Assembly: GCF_009914755.1 (NCBI RefSeq)
Contig: NC_060935.1
Reading direction: 5' to 3' (one strand)
Origin: the human T2T-CHM13v2.0 reference genome, Homo sapiens
DNA: 64,000 nucleotides
Shown here: positions 1 through 13,220 of the stretch, piece by piece
Layout: every line of letters starts with the position of its first letter
How positions within the stretch are numbered: the first letter of the stretch is position 1
The notes under the pieces: generated by a model
Told to the model about the DNA's origin: nothing
What the model saw: only the letters and a program-made list of their open reading frames with translations
The model's database searches: none
Position numbers and translations under genes: made by a program

Positions 1-3000
1 TTTAGATCTTGCAGACCTAAAGTCATTTTATGATCAGCACATCCACATTCCACACAAGGTCTTAATCTGTATGGGAATAGAATTCAGACTGGTGAGCAAA
101 CTCATCAAGTGCTTTAGATTGACACTTTTAGTTAGAAGTTGTTGCTGCTCAAATTTTGGTCTGTGGCTCAGCAGCTTTCTTATCCCCTCGTAGCTTGTGA
201 AAAATGCAGACTATGGGCTCCCATCTCACACTTGCTGAACCATCTCCAGGTGACTCGTAAGCACATTAAAGTTTAAGAAGCGCTGCGTTCAACCCTGGAG
301 ACTCAGTTGAATTATTTTTTTAAAGTCCCATGTGGGTTAGGATTGGAGTTGGAACTAGTAAGATGGTTTGAAGGATTAGGCAGCACTGCCCAGCGCCTTC
401 TCATGCATGATGTCTGTGCATCCCTTGCATATTTGCTCCCTTCTCCTCTGTAGACACATTGGCATTGTTCACACCTAGAATTCCTGCTTGGCCATGACAC
501 TGGCCTGACATGGTCCAACTCTGCCTCGTGACACCTATATCAGTTGGGATACTTTTTCCAGTAAAATGATGTAAACAATAACAAGATAGACCACTAACAA
601 GATGTCCAGAAGACAGACAGTCCCAGGGTTAAATAAGTGGCTCTGAGTGACCTCATGGGTACTGGTTCTTCCCATCTTTTTTCTTTGCCATCCTCAAGGG
701 GTGGTTTTTGCTCAGGCACATCCCATAACAGTCGCAAGATGGCCACTAGAACTGCAGGCAACATGTCCTTACAAGACACAACTATACAACTGTGTGCAGA
801 GGTAGAGAATCATTTCTTTAGTATGTTTTTGTTGTTTTTAATCAGGAGGGAAACTCTCTGCAACCCCCTAGCAGACTTCCCATTTAGCTGCAGTGGCCAG
901 AATTTGTTCACCTGTGCATACCCTAGCTGCAAGGGAGGCTGGGAAAGCAAGTATTGGCACTTCCACCTGCCATAGAGGGAGGTGGCCTCTGTCAGAAAAG
1001 AATGATGATAGAGTGGGGGAAAGTGGCCCTCAGGAAGACAGCTCAGAGTGACTGCCACAGACTTCTGTTAGGTTTGAGTTTACTCTTGTTGGCTGACAAA
1101 TTCTTTCCATGTTTTCTCAATATGTTTTCTTTTTAAACTCAAGTTTCTAAGGAAAAGGATCTGATTGACCCAGTTAATTATTTTTGAGCGAAGTCCTCCA
1201 GATCAATGAAGAAGCGTTAAGTGTAAAAGAAATAGACATTAAAGACTTTTAATTTATTCACAAGCTATGGATGCACACCTTAGGTCCAGTGTCCACCCCA
1301 GAGTGAATCAACTGTTAGCAGAGGGGAGGGATTACATAGTGGGAAATGTATCTTGTACTGCTGCTGCTCATCTGGGACTGCAGATCTTCTGGCACTGGAG
1401 CATCTGTGGTCCACCAGAAGAATGGGCTGCTGAGAAGCAGGGGTAGATGTGGAGGAGTGGTCCATAGTTAGAATAGGACAAATAGCAGACTAGTCCTGGG
1501 CTCTCTATGTCTTACATGAAAAGGGCACTCCTAGTCCTAGTGCCTCCTATTGGGTAGCTGTTTCTTTGTGGTAGGGCTGGTTCCTCTTCTTCTGGGTCCT
1601 GGCAGAGCTAAAGCACAGCTGGGCCAGCACAGTTGGCAGAAGTAGGAGTGCTGTTGGCCAGGACTTTGCCTGGAGATGGGTATAAAACAGAGGCGACTAG
1701 TTCTAAAGCCCAAGTGGAGCAGACCTGCCCAGGAGTCAGTGGCACTGGGTTAAGTGAGTTTCCCATGCTCTGGAGTCTAAACTAGCATCCTGCTCCTTGG
1801 TAAGTATAATGAGGAGAAGTGGGCTCTGGGCCTAGAAGGGCATGTGCAAGGCTTTCTTAATGGGGATACCCTCTGGGGCCTCAGTGGGGCAAGGAACAAA
1901 GGGCTTGGATTCCCTTGGTCTAGGAGCAGTATTTCCTCTGGAAAGTTGGTGAATGAGGACCTTGTATAGAGGGTGTCTTGGGGTCTAAGATGGGCTGGGA
2001 CCTGGCCTGCAGAGGAAGCATCAGGGAGGCTGTCCTGCCTGTGGTGCAGCAGAGCAGTGTTACCCTCAGGAGATGGGAAGGTAGTCCTTTACAACTGGAA
2101 GACACAGCCAAGCTCAGGGTCAGTGCTCATGGAGGATGAAGCTGAGGCCCTGGCTGGAAGGCTGAGGCAGCTCTTTTGTGATGGGAACAGAGCTGAGTTC
2201 TAGAAAAGGGGCAGCCTCCTCCTTCTCTGTTTACTATGGTGAAATGTAGGATGATGCCCTCGGGAGGGTGTGGTTATTTCAGTTCAGGAGCCCCAGAACC
2301 CCACAGGTGGTCCTGAAGCCCAGAAAGGGAAGCAGTGCTCATCAGTGGCCCTGGCATATGCTGGCATGTAATCATCAGTGGCCCTGGCATGTGGTACCTG
2401 GCCCAGGCAAGAAGGACCCGGTACAACTGTGACCACTTCCAGGATTTTGGCTGTGCCTTGAGTGGGGCTTTCCCATGGTCTGAAAGGGGTGTCTCTACCC
2501 CTCCACACCTGCTTGGCTTGGCTGGGTGGTTAGTGGCATAGATCTTTGGCTAGGTTGGGTGGTGGAAACCTTAGACAGGATAGCCAGTCAGATTCAGATG
2601 GGCTCTACAGGGCTGGGGATAGCCAGTTAGCTGGGAGGAGTAGACCTAGGCTGATACACAGTGTTGATTCGTGTCCCAGGTCTTTGGGTGACGCCCAGAA
2701 GATACCAGAGCCAGCAGAGTCTCCATATGAAGTAGCCATGGGTGCTTCTCTAACAGTATGTTATGTACACCCTTCATCTCCTACCAGCCAGCCAGTCTGT
2801 TCTGCTGTTTAATACATTGGGTATGGGCCAAGGAGATTCTTGGTGAAGTTTCAAGATGAAGCCAGAGAAAGGGCAGGCAAACCCAGCAGCAAAGTGAAGG
2901 CAAGTCAAGGAAGAGCTCAGGCTCCAGGGTGAGGGGTGGTGCTTGGCAGAGAACCCACAGAAGGGCTGTATGTACTCTAGGCCCTGTTTGGAACTGGGGT

Positions 3001-5133
3001 ACATGGAGTAGGCTTGGCCATCCAATAGGAACCCAGGCTTTTCTTTGCAAGGTCTCAAGAGTCCTGGTCAGTGTGCTTGAGCAGGTGAAAGCAGATTGAA
3101 CCAGGGTGAGGGAGTATGGAAGGTAGGAAGGAGTTAAAAGGCCAGGGTTCTACCCTGGCTCTACCACTCATGAGCCTCTTCTTCACTTCTGTGGGACTCA
3201 GTTTCCCTACTGGAAATGACAGCTGAGTTTGAAAGTGTCTGCAAGATCTGGCCAAGCATTCCAATTCTGCAGTTTGTTCTGGGGGCTATATGGAGTGGTC
3301 TCTTTGTAAGCACCAGCCTTTGCCTCCCTCAGTCTTGACCTCTTGGGTTCCAAAGTGTGGAGACAGGTTAGGAACCTCTCAGTTTACTGCTGCCCTTATG
3401 TTAGAGCTTGATGGAGGCCCACATCTCAACAGTGGAGAGGCAAATCTGTTTACCATATTGAAAAACCTGAAGAGTTGCTCTCCTGAATGAGCAGCCTCTG
3501 CTGGCCCCAGCTGGGATAAGTGCTCACCTCTGATAGCCCAGCAGTCAGTTCAGGTGCCCTCAGTTACCTTTTTAACTAGTTTCCCAAGAAACAAAGAAAC
3601 CCAGACCCAGGCTGGGGAGCACAGCCACCCCCCCTTCTCAGCTCCAAACCACCTTGTCACAGATGGCGGTTTCTTCAGCTCCCAGCTCCTCAAACAAAGC
3701 CCATACATTCCTGCCAGATTCAGCTTGCAATCTTTCATTCTGTCCAAGAAGCAAATCTGTTTACCATATTGAAAAGCTAGAGGAGTTGCAAAAAAAAAAG
3801 TGGAGAGAAAAAGCTGTTTTATGAATTATAAAATGTGAGCTTGAATTTTTTTACCATGGGATTCATTTCTGTATCTCCAGAATGGAAAACAAAAGATAGT
3901 CAGGATACGTGTGTGTTGAACATTTCAATTTTGAAAAGTTACAGAAGGAGTTTTGTAGGTAAACCTTTTCCTCTGGATCTTAGAGGAGGGAAAATTTGGT
4001 GCTTATTTTTCAAGAAAAAAAGTAGAGCCTGTGTGAGCCGATTTCCAGCATGTTTTCTTACCTCCCCTGTGACAGGTGTGAACTTGAGTGAGAGATGAGA
4101 AAGGAGTAGGTGTGTCCGTGCTTTCTTTCTGCGCTCAGCTCCCAAGGGGCTCCTGGGCCGGGCTCAGGTGGCATCAGTGGTGGTTCTTTGTCCCTGTGCA
4201 GTGCTGGAAGAAGCCACTAGGTGGGAGTCAGGGACAAATGCTGGGAAGTGAAATCCCAAAGAATGAGGTCAGCATGGGCTTCATATGAGAAAACAGCTTT
4301 TAATTTTTCTTTTTCAGACAAAGATAACATAAGCACCTCTCATTATTGAAACTGCTTAACTGCACCTGGGTCAGCTGGCAAAGATAATTCTTTGCCATTT
4401 TCCTTAGAAACAGTGGACAAAGGGCAGTCAAGAGAGGGCTCCACTGTTTAGGGTGGGGGAGAAGAGACAGGGCTGGTCCTGGGATCATAGACCTGACCTT
4501 CCCCTGTGGATGTGGGGAGACCTCTCCAGACTTCTTGACTGCAGTGCCTTCTGCTGGGGTGCTAGTAGGTTGGCCCCTTCCATTCCTGCAGGCATTTCCT
4601 AGCCCACAGTTTATGTCACGCCCTGCCCTAGAGAAGCTTCCTGTCCCCTGGGGGATTTTGAATGCCCTTTTCCTGACACAGCAGCCAAGACTGGGGGCCT
4701 TCAGCCACTGCAAATTTAGCAGTTTCAATTTTCCTGGATCTTGATCCCTGCCCCCCAAAGTAAATTTACCCTACTAAATTCTAGCAATCCGGCTCCTTTC
4801 AGACCTGACCTAAAGAGACTATTTCAGCCTCTAAGAACCAATGTTTATAAATGACCAAGAATGTGCAAACACTGGTGAAAGAGCAAATAAATCCTTCCCC
4901 ACTATATTTCCTGCTTCAGGCCCAGGGGCCGTGGTGGACAGTGTTGCCAGGTTAGCATAACTTGAGGTCTGAGCACGTAGACACCCACTTACCCTCCACC
5001 TACAAAAGAAAATCCTGCCAGAGATACACTACCAAGAGCCTTCTGCCCTTTCAGATACCTGCTAGTGGGCAGGCAGGCTCCAGGGAATTTATGCTTCTAG
5101 GCAAGTTTGTTTAGTAATCTATGTTTCGAAGAA

Positions 5134-5449
<316 letters not shown>

Positions 5450-5469
5450 TGAGGAACTTTTGAAAGCGG

Positions 5470-5650
5470 TTTCCTAACTTCTTACTCCTCCAAGTGTTGT
5501 CCTGGGACCAGTAGTACGAGCATCACCTGGGAGCTTGTCAGCAGTGCACAACAGCAGGCCCCATACCCAATCTACTGAACCAGAATCTGCATTTTTACTA
5601 GAACCCCCTCAGGTCCAGGCAGTTCATTCTGGATGGGGAAGCACTGTCCT
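5470..5650. mobile_element. MER5A-like hAT-Charlie DNA transposon relic
   Basis: gcatcacctgggagcttgt...tactgaaccagaatctgcatttt resembles MER5A. Confidence 0.65.
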
Positions 5651-5655
5651 AACCC

Positions 5656-5970
5656 AGGGATTAGCAAACCATGGCCCACAGTTAGCCCACTGCATATTTC
5701 TTACACTCATCAGCTAAGAATGATTTTTACATTTTTCAAGACTGAAGAAAAATCACAAGAATGTTTTGAGATGGGAAAATAATATAAAATTCACATTTTG
5801 GTGTCCATAAATAAAGTTTTACTAGTACACAGCCACACACTGGTTTAGGTATTGGCTGTGGCTGCTTTTGCACTGCAAATAGGAGAGTTGAGTATGAGAT
5901 AGACTACATGGCCCACCAAACCCAAATATTTGCCATCTGGCGCTTTACAGGAAAAGTCTGCCGACCTTTG
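5656..5970. mobile_element. MER58-like DNA transposon relic
   Basis: cagggattagcaaac...aataaagttttact...aaatatttgccatctggcgctttacaggaaaagtctgccgacc. Confidence 0.7.
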
Positions 5971-8630
5971 TACTGATCTATTTTGGAGGTGCATTCTCCA
6001 TGCTTGTGTTCTGTGGAGGCTTGAGCTGCAGTGGCCAGGACTTCCTCCACAGCACTCTTCACTCCCTTCCCCCGCCTCCCCTTCTCAGCGGGCCCACTGT
6101 GCACCATGTCTGTTGAAGGACACAAGTTTACATCTGACTTATGAGGATTTATGAGGGAGTGTCCTGGCAGCTGCCACCTATGGCCCAGAGGTGAAGGCTC
6201 AGGGCTGAGCGGAGCCCAGGATGCCTGTAGGTGATAGGTCAGTGGAACAGCACGTGACCATGAGATTCCTCTCAGTTTACAGTTCTGCCTGATAAGATGC
6301 TGCTGATTTCTGGTAGGCAGCAGGAGTAACACCTCAGGGGGCCTCAGCTCCTTTTTCAGCCATTCCCTCAAGTACTTGGAATTCCAGCCAGGTAGGTGGC
6401 AATCCTGGGGTTCTCTTCTAGACCCTAGGACAGGGGTGGAGCAAGCTACAGTGACTTTCCCCGGCAAACCTGACCACCCTGGCCTCTTAGCTGTGTTTTT
6501 ACTCCCAGAATGCTCAGCCTCACAGTCTCCTGCCCTTTTCCCACAGCTGGCTGCTGCATGTTGCAGGCAGTAATGAATCTGTTTGTAGATGAGCAAAGTA
6601 CTTCCAGGAAGGCCTTCGGGACTGTTAGGTCACTGTAGTGACCCGTATTTGTGTACCCTTTGTGCTTCCTGAGGACTTCTGTCTTCAGAGAGGGGTCCAG
6701 TGAGTCTGAGACACCACCTCACAGGAGCAGTATAATGGGAGCAGCAAGCCCAGGCCCCCGAGCTCCCAATAACAAGGGGAGCCTAGACCTTTGGGAGTAA
6801 CTACCTCGGCCAATTAAAAGCTGGGCTTCTAGCCTTTTGGGAGTCATGGACTGTTCTGATAATCTGACAACTCTTTTTCAGATAAAGATTTATGAATACA
6901 AATAGTAGTACTTTCTATATATTTGACGAACATACTTAGGGGCTCATCTGATCCCTGGAATCCCATCTGTAAATCAAGTGAGGTGCCCTGGACAGGATGG
7001 ACTTCTAGGGCAGTGGTGCAGCCATGGGTTTGCCTTGCCAGGCCAGTGTGATGAGGGAGCCACGACAGGGACCCAGCTGCCCCTGGGGGTGGGGTGAGTG
7101 AGCGAGGAGGTGCCTTAGCTTCTGAATCCATCCCATTTCACTCAGCCCTTCCCCTTTCCCTCCTGCCAACCTGCTCCTAGGTCTTTTGGGGTGTTAATTT
7201 GTGATTTTTGAGTTGAATTACAACGTAAGTAAAATGTACTTGGTGTTTAAGGAAAAACAAGGCTGAGATAAGACTTGCTACTTGAGAATGCCATAAAAAT
7301 GTCAAGAATTTAGCTGCAGTTTATCTGGATTCTTCCCTCCCTTCCTCCCTTTTCTGTCCCTTTCTCTCCCCTACCCTGCACCCCCCACCTTTGTTCATCA
7401 CACATTGAGTTGAGCTAACAGAGGAAATGGGCCCCGTCTTTTCCTTTTTGTGTCGAACATCTTTACCCTGGAGAAACGGACCTTCAAGTCTCTTTCCTTC
7501 ACATAGAATTTTAGTCTTACTTTACCAGTCTTATCATTTGAGCCTTATTCTTTCATCCAAAAAATGTTTAAATTCGTACTGTGTGCTAAGAATTGTAGGC
7601 ATGGAAGTAGGAGAAGTGAGTTGGAAATCAGACACACTTCTGACAGTCTGGTGCAATAGGAGTGGTCCAGTGTGACAAGGTCAGTGATGAAGTAGAGAGG
7701 GGAATTTAGGTGCTCAGGAAGGGATAGAAGAGGGACACCTGAGCCACAGCTCTATGTAAGCTGGGAGTGAGCAAGGCTGATGAGAGCAGCCACATTGGCC
7801 ACCTTTCTCTTTTCTCTTTTCTCCTCTCTTGTACCAGAACCTAAGGAAGAGCACTGCACTCCTCCCAGGAGAGGGGAGAATTTTCCACCATCCTGTAGAG
7901 GCTGGAACCTTGCGCCACCTCTCCCTGTCCAGCTCCCAAATCAGCTTGTCTACCTCCTCTTCCTTGGAGTCCCAGATATACCTTTATTGCATACCATATG
8001 ATAATTCTTAACCCAGGGCATGAAGTTTTTCATTTGCCTTGGATGCGGGGAAAATGTGTATTGACTGGATGAATTTCTTCATTTGACTTGTTCAGGCTTT
8101 TAGACAGAGAAAAACCAACCTACTGACCCCTGTACCTTTAGAGATGTTCTTCCTTGGCAACATCCTGCCATAGCACGGGCAGGGAACCTGGGCTGGGTGG
8201 GTCACACTGTGCTGTGGAGCAGGGCCAGAGGTGAGGAGCAAGGGGCTAGAGCTCAGCGCATGGGCAGCAAAGCCTGCTTTTCCTTTCTGGCCTCTGTCTG
8301 GGTGTGTCTCCAGGAATTTACTCCTCCCCTTATGCCAGCTGCTGGCTAGAGCTCTCCTCCTTGCCGCCTCTGTGATCTCTGTGGGCTGGCCCAGCCTGCC
8401 GGGGACTGTGCTGCCAGGCATTGTTTCTGCCCTTTTGGGCCCTGCTTCTGGCCCTGGTGGACATTGAAGCCATGCTGAGGGGCATGCGGCATGAGGGGCA
8501 TGAAGGACTGCTCTTCAGACTGGGAGTTCCAGGAAACCCCGGAGGTGACCCCCAAGGGAACTGGGAAGGCCCAGGCAGTCACAAGCTGTGCATCTGCAAG
8601 TCCTTTGCCACAGCAGAGCTCGGGGCCTTG

Positions 8631-8672
8631 CGTGTAACCACAGTTCCCACCGTGTAACCACAGTTCCCACCG
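8631..8672. repeat. Perfect 20-bp tandem duplication (cgtgtaaccacagttcccac)x2
   Basis: Units at 8631-8650 and 8651-8670, read directly. Confidence 0.95.
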
Positions 8673-9289
8673 CACCCACATCAAAGGTCACTTTGATAAT
8701 CAGCCATAGCCAAAGGCCACACATTAAGGGCTGGGGAAGGGAGAAAAGCTGTTTTTAGTGGGGAGCTCTCAAAGGAGATGGGAATAGGAGGAGGTGGGGG
8801 GTGGCATCTAGGGAGTGCTGGAGGGGCCACCTGGAGAGCCTGCATGTGACCTGCCCTGAAAGGAGGAAAACAGCTGCAGCTCCAGGTCTCCGCCAGCCTT
8901 TCCAAGGCCCCTGTCTACCCAGCACTGCTCCCTGAGTCTCATGGAAATGCACGTGAAGCAGCCTCAACCTTTCCACCTCCTTGGTTTGTAAAGCAGGTAG
9001 CCCAGAGTGGGGGACAGCCAGAGAGGCAGGACCCTCCAGCCCTGGCCCCTGTTCAGAATGTGGCCCCCAGGGTGCCCTGGCTGGTGGCCAACAGTCCAGG
9101 GCCAGACTCCCCTGAGTTTGCGGCAGTTGGTCTCTAATGGATGGTACCACCAGTGCCAAGGACAGCAAACGCTCTGTGCTGGGCCCGTCGCACAGCAGGA
9201 CCAAGAACCCAGACTGGAGCTGCTTTTTTTTGGAAACAACAGGCTTTCCTCAGGGCACAGCCCGTCACTCGCCTGGAAAATGGGTGGGC

Positions 9290-9694
9290 GTGGGCTTCAG
9301 GGCGGGGGTCAGGCTGTGTGTGGGAACCAGTGAGCTCCTCCAAGAGCAGCACTTATTTTTAGTCTTCTCCCCAGTCCCAAATAAACTGAGAGCAGCTGGG
9401 AGCCCTGGGTAAATGCAGAGTGAAGCAGAGACAGGAAATCGGGGCTCTCAGTAATGAGTTCCAGCCACTCCAGAAGGGGGAAGCCAGACAAGGAATTTTC
9501 TTCAGGACTGTTTCCCTCTGGCAGGCTCCGGTATTATCACTGAGAATGGTCCCGTGTGTGTGTGCGTGTGTGTCATGTTTACAACTTCTGTCCAAGTCTT
9601 CTTTCTTTTTTCTCTACCTTTGTGTGACATTTGATTTCTCCGCAGGGCTCTGAATCCCAGTCCTGGTGCGTGTGCGTGCATGTATGTGCGTGTG

Positions 9695-9725
<31 letters not shown>

Positions 9726-9963
9726 TTGTTGGGGTGGTCGGGGAGGACACTGAAGCAGCACGGTCTGCTCTGTGTCGCTGTGTGTCTGAAACTGTCTAGG
9801 GAGAGGCTGAAGGACGCAGGCCAGGGAAGTGGGGAAATTTGAACACAGCTTGGAGTTCTTGAGGGGGGAGGGGGCAGAGGCAAGGAAGAGGAGAGAACTG
9901 GTCTCCAGCCAGGAAAAGGGCTTTTTCCACCAAGGCATCTAACTGCTGACATGGGTGCCCAGC
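9290..9963 (+). promoter_or_regulatory. Candidate internal promoter and 5' UTR region for the MDGDID isoform
   Basis: GC box near 9300, TGTGGGAA 9319-9326, MEF2-consensus TTATTTTTAG 9353-9362, CAGCTG 9393-9398, raised CpG content and (TG)n tracts ahead of a first-exon-like ORF. Confidence 0.4.
9667..9725. repeat. (TG)n/(TGCG) microsatellite, with smaller tracts near 9555 and 10085
   Basis: Read directly. Confidence 0.95.
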
Positions 9964-10011
9964 ATGGATGGGGACATTGATGTTTACAAGCATTTCTCGT
10001 GGCTGAAGAGG
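9964..10011 (+). CDS. PPFIBP2: Putative alternative first coding exon: MDGDIDVYKHFSWLKR, in frame with exon A
   Basis: Strong Kozak (agcATGG), in-frame upstream TAA at 9940, exactly 16 codons, then near-consensus donor AGG|gtaagt in phase 0. Confidence 0.72.
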
Positions 10012-10889
10012 GTAAGTGACTGGCTGCTTTGTCTGGGTCTCCGTGGAGATAAGTGAGGGGGAGACGCTTTGGGGTGTTTTGGGGTGTGTGTGCGTGTGTG
10101 TGGTAGGGGGAGGTATTGTCCAGCAAAGCCCTGCTGTGGCCAAGTTCTTCATGAGAATCTAATTATAGACACCAGGGAGAAAACAGTCAGCTGTCTTTGT
10201 TTCTCCACTGACATTCTAGTGAATGAGCCTCTGTACAGAAAGGCAAGAATGGAGTGAGGAAAGTTGGTTATTTTAACTTTGGCACCTAAACAGTCAGAGG
10301 CTCCAAACACCGTGACCAGAAGAATGTGCCCACCGCTTTTCAGTTTGAGGACACAGGGAGGAAGCTGCTGCCTTTTTAAATGCATTGGATTCGGAAGTTG
10401 TTTAACTCGTTCTCACTCTGATGTTATCCGGTGGAGCACACAACTGCTGTCAGCAGAATGAGCTTCTGCATTTCCGGAGGAAAGCTTTCAGGGAGTTCTC
10501 TTTGAATGCTCTGAAGCTGAGGGTTTATGTTGCAAGTTGTTCATGCCCTTTCTTTAGAGGATAAACCTGAGTGTGTGGTATGAGCAAGGAATGAACGGAC
10601 GTTGGGGGCTGGAGTAGCATCATACTCCTAGAATTCAGGCTGTTTCCTCTTTTGTGGCTGCCTTTAAATTGGCTAAGATAGGTATGAATTTATTTTCACA
10701 CGAAGGGATTTTAGGCTGAGTGTTTTTCAGAGGCAGGAAGGGCAAAAGCAGCTGACAGGTTAGAGATTTGACATTGTAACTGCAGAAGGACAGAAGAACC
10801 AGGAAGTGTCCAGCTTGGAAGGGGCATGCAGATGCCCGGACCCCGACTCCCGGACACTGAGCTGGCTGGCTTTTGTGTGAGTGCAGCAG

Positions 10890-11470
10890 CACTCATTCGG
10901 CAAATCTGTACTGAGTTTGGGTACTGGGTGTATAGTAGTGAGCAAAATAGAACCAGCCTCTTGTGGATCTTCTACCTAATACTGGAGATGTAGGTGAAAC
11001 AGTCCCAGGAAATAAACCTCAGATTACAAACAATAAGTGTGCCTGGAGGAAGAACAGAAGACACGGGACTGCTGTTTTGATGGAGAAGGGGGTTGGGGCG
11101 GTCAGGGAGTTTGAGGAAATTATACTTCGCTGAAAACTGAAAGAGCAGTAAGAATGAGTCAGGTGAAGAATGGGGTGAAGAACATTCCAGGCAAATGGGG
11201 CATAGGGGATGATGTATATACAAAGGTCCTAAAGCAAGATGGAGTCTGCTGATTGTCCAGATTGAGAGAGAGCCCATGTGGCTGAGCACAGTGATGGCAG
11301 ACAGAGGCGGGCAGAGGCTGGGATCACGCAGGACAGTGAAGGCCACGGTAAGGCTTTTGGGCAACATGGTTTGTGTGCTGGGGGACTTGTAGCAGGGAAG
11401 TGACATGGGATACATTGGGGGGGGTCTAGTTTGTATTTTAAGAAAATTACTCTAGCTGTGATGTGGTATA
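10890..11470 (-). mobile_element. L2 LINE 3' relic
   Basis: Resembles the antisense L2 3' region (aacattccaggcaaatggg...caaaggtcct...gcagggaagtgacatg). Confidence 0.5.
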
Positions 11471-12989
11471 TGGTAAGCTATGTTGGGAAAAGTGAGGCAA
11501 CTGAACACAATTATAGGGCTGGAGGGCTTGGAGGGATGGGATAGTACAAACCCCTCATTTAACAAAGCCCAAGAGGGGCTAAGAACCTCATGGTATTAGT
11601 GTCATAGCTATTAGTGGTGCAGCCTGGTCTTGAACCCTGTTCTCTATCTCCCAGTCTAGTTCTCTTTATTCATTTTCTCTGCCAAATATGTATAAAATTA
11701 TTGCTTTAGAACCCAGCAGAAATCCTGTCTGTGCCCAGCCCCTAGGGCATCACAGTCACCAGAAAGCATGCTGAGATGACCAGACGTTTTGGCAAAGGTT
11801 TGCATCATCTTAGGTTTTTTTTTTAAGCCCCACTGGGGAGATACTGAAAGGAAATATGTAAGAAATGCACTGACCATCACTTGGTCCTTCTTTCCCTGTA
11901 TCCCAAATGAAGCTTTTAATCAAGAAATCCTTTCAGCCAACATGTGCCTAGGATTGTCAGAGCCTTGTCCCAGCCCCTGGGGCAGATACTGTAACTCTGC
12001 CTGCTACAGGAGAAGTTATGTGTGTGGAGGAACTAATTTTGCATGTGATGCAATGTAAGAAGGCCCTTCTTGTCCCAAGACCCAGGGTATGCTGGCTCCT
12101 GTGGACAGTTGGAAGTTTGCTTAGGGAAACTTTAAGCAAGGAGACTTTAGAAACCCCCAGGATGACTCATAGCAAAACAGATATTTTTCTTCTACTTTTA
12201 GAATTTTAAAGAGCATTTTACAAAAGCAAAACTCAAAGTGTAGACATGTCATTGGCAGTGTGATAAGAGTATTTTCACTATTCTCTACCCTAAACACTAC
12301 TGCCAGATTTTTAAAATCTTCTTAAAAAAAAAAACAAAAAAAACAAATTCCCTTTCGTCCTGTGACCCCAGTGATGAGCCCCCCTGGACTCACCCTTAAT
12401 CTGGAAGAAAAATCAGGCCCTTCGGCTTGCTTGGCCTTTGAGACCATTAGCAGCCCAACCTCAACTTACCTTTTTAGTTTTATCTTTTATATCTACCCTG
12501 ATGAGCTCCCAAGTGTATTTCTTCCCTTTTCTGAGCTTTTACCACAGATGACCACCTCCTCTCTAACTCTCATCCACTTCAACTGACTCCATCCAGGCTG
12601 TCTTTTCCCAGGAAACCTCTGCTGGCCCTCCCTCCCCACCTCCTGTAGCCCAGGTCTGCAGCACTTCCCATCTGCATGGCTCACCCACCCTTTCTCCTGT
12701 GCTTCAGCTGAGGTGGTGTGGAGAGCTGGTTTCTCTGAACTCATGCTTTTGAAGGTAGAAACACTATCGTCTTCATTCTCCTTTACAGAGGGCATAGATT
12801 CTGGAAGAAGAGGTTCCTGGTGCCAGAGCAGGAGCCCTTGCCCTTTGAGCAGTCCAAGGTGGTGGTGTCTCAGGGCAAAGGGGAGATACTTATGTTCAGA
12901 GAGGCATGGAGCTGGAGGGGAAATATTTGCTCAGAAAAGAAATCTTGCTCCAGGGCCTGTGTGGGATGGGATGGTATATACTATTAATA

Positions 12990-13220
12990 TTACAGTTAAG
13001 AACATGGAGTCTGGAGTGAGGCCTGAATTAGAATCCTGGCATTGCCACGTTTACCAGCTGTGTGATCCAAGGTAAATTATCTCAAAAGTCTGGATTTCTT
13101 TAACTATAAAATAAGGGAGATAATAGTACCTACCACATACAGGCTTTATGAGGACTCAGTAAGATAGTACGATTAGTGCAGTATCATGCATGTAGGAAAT
13201 ACTCAATAACATGTTTGCTA
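12990..13220 (+). mobile_element. MIR SINE
   Basis: agttaagaacatggagtctggag...gctgtgtgatc...ataatagtacctacc core. Confidence 0.7.

Noticed and set aside
2339-2390. 19-bp repeat pair with 33-bp period, superficially repeat-spacer-like
   Set aside because: There are only two copies in a eukaryotic intron; this is ordinary slippage duplication, not CRISPR.
5904-6596. Longest ORF in the track (230 aa, minus strand)
   Set aside because: It has no recognisable domain, a non-ATG start, runs into a MER58 relic, and its length is compatible with chance.
8421-8657. ORF with a signal-peptide-like start (MFLPFWALLLALV)
   Set aside because: The start is TTG, and there is no supporting splice or poly(A) structure.
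9502-10152. His/Thr-rich ORFs (also 36733-37062)
   Set aside because: They are translations of (CA)n/(TG)n repeats.
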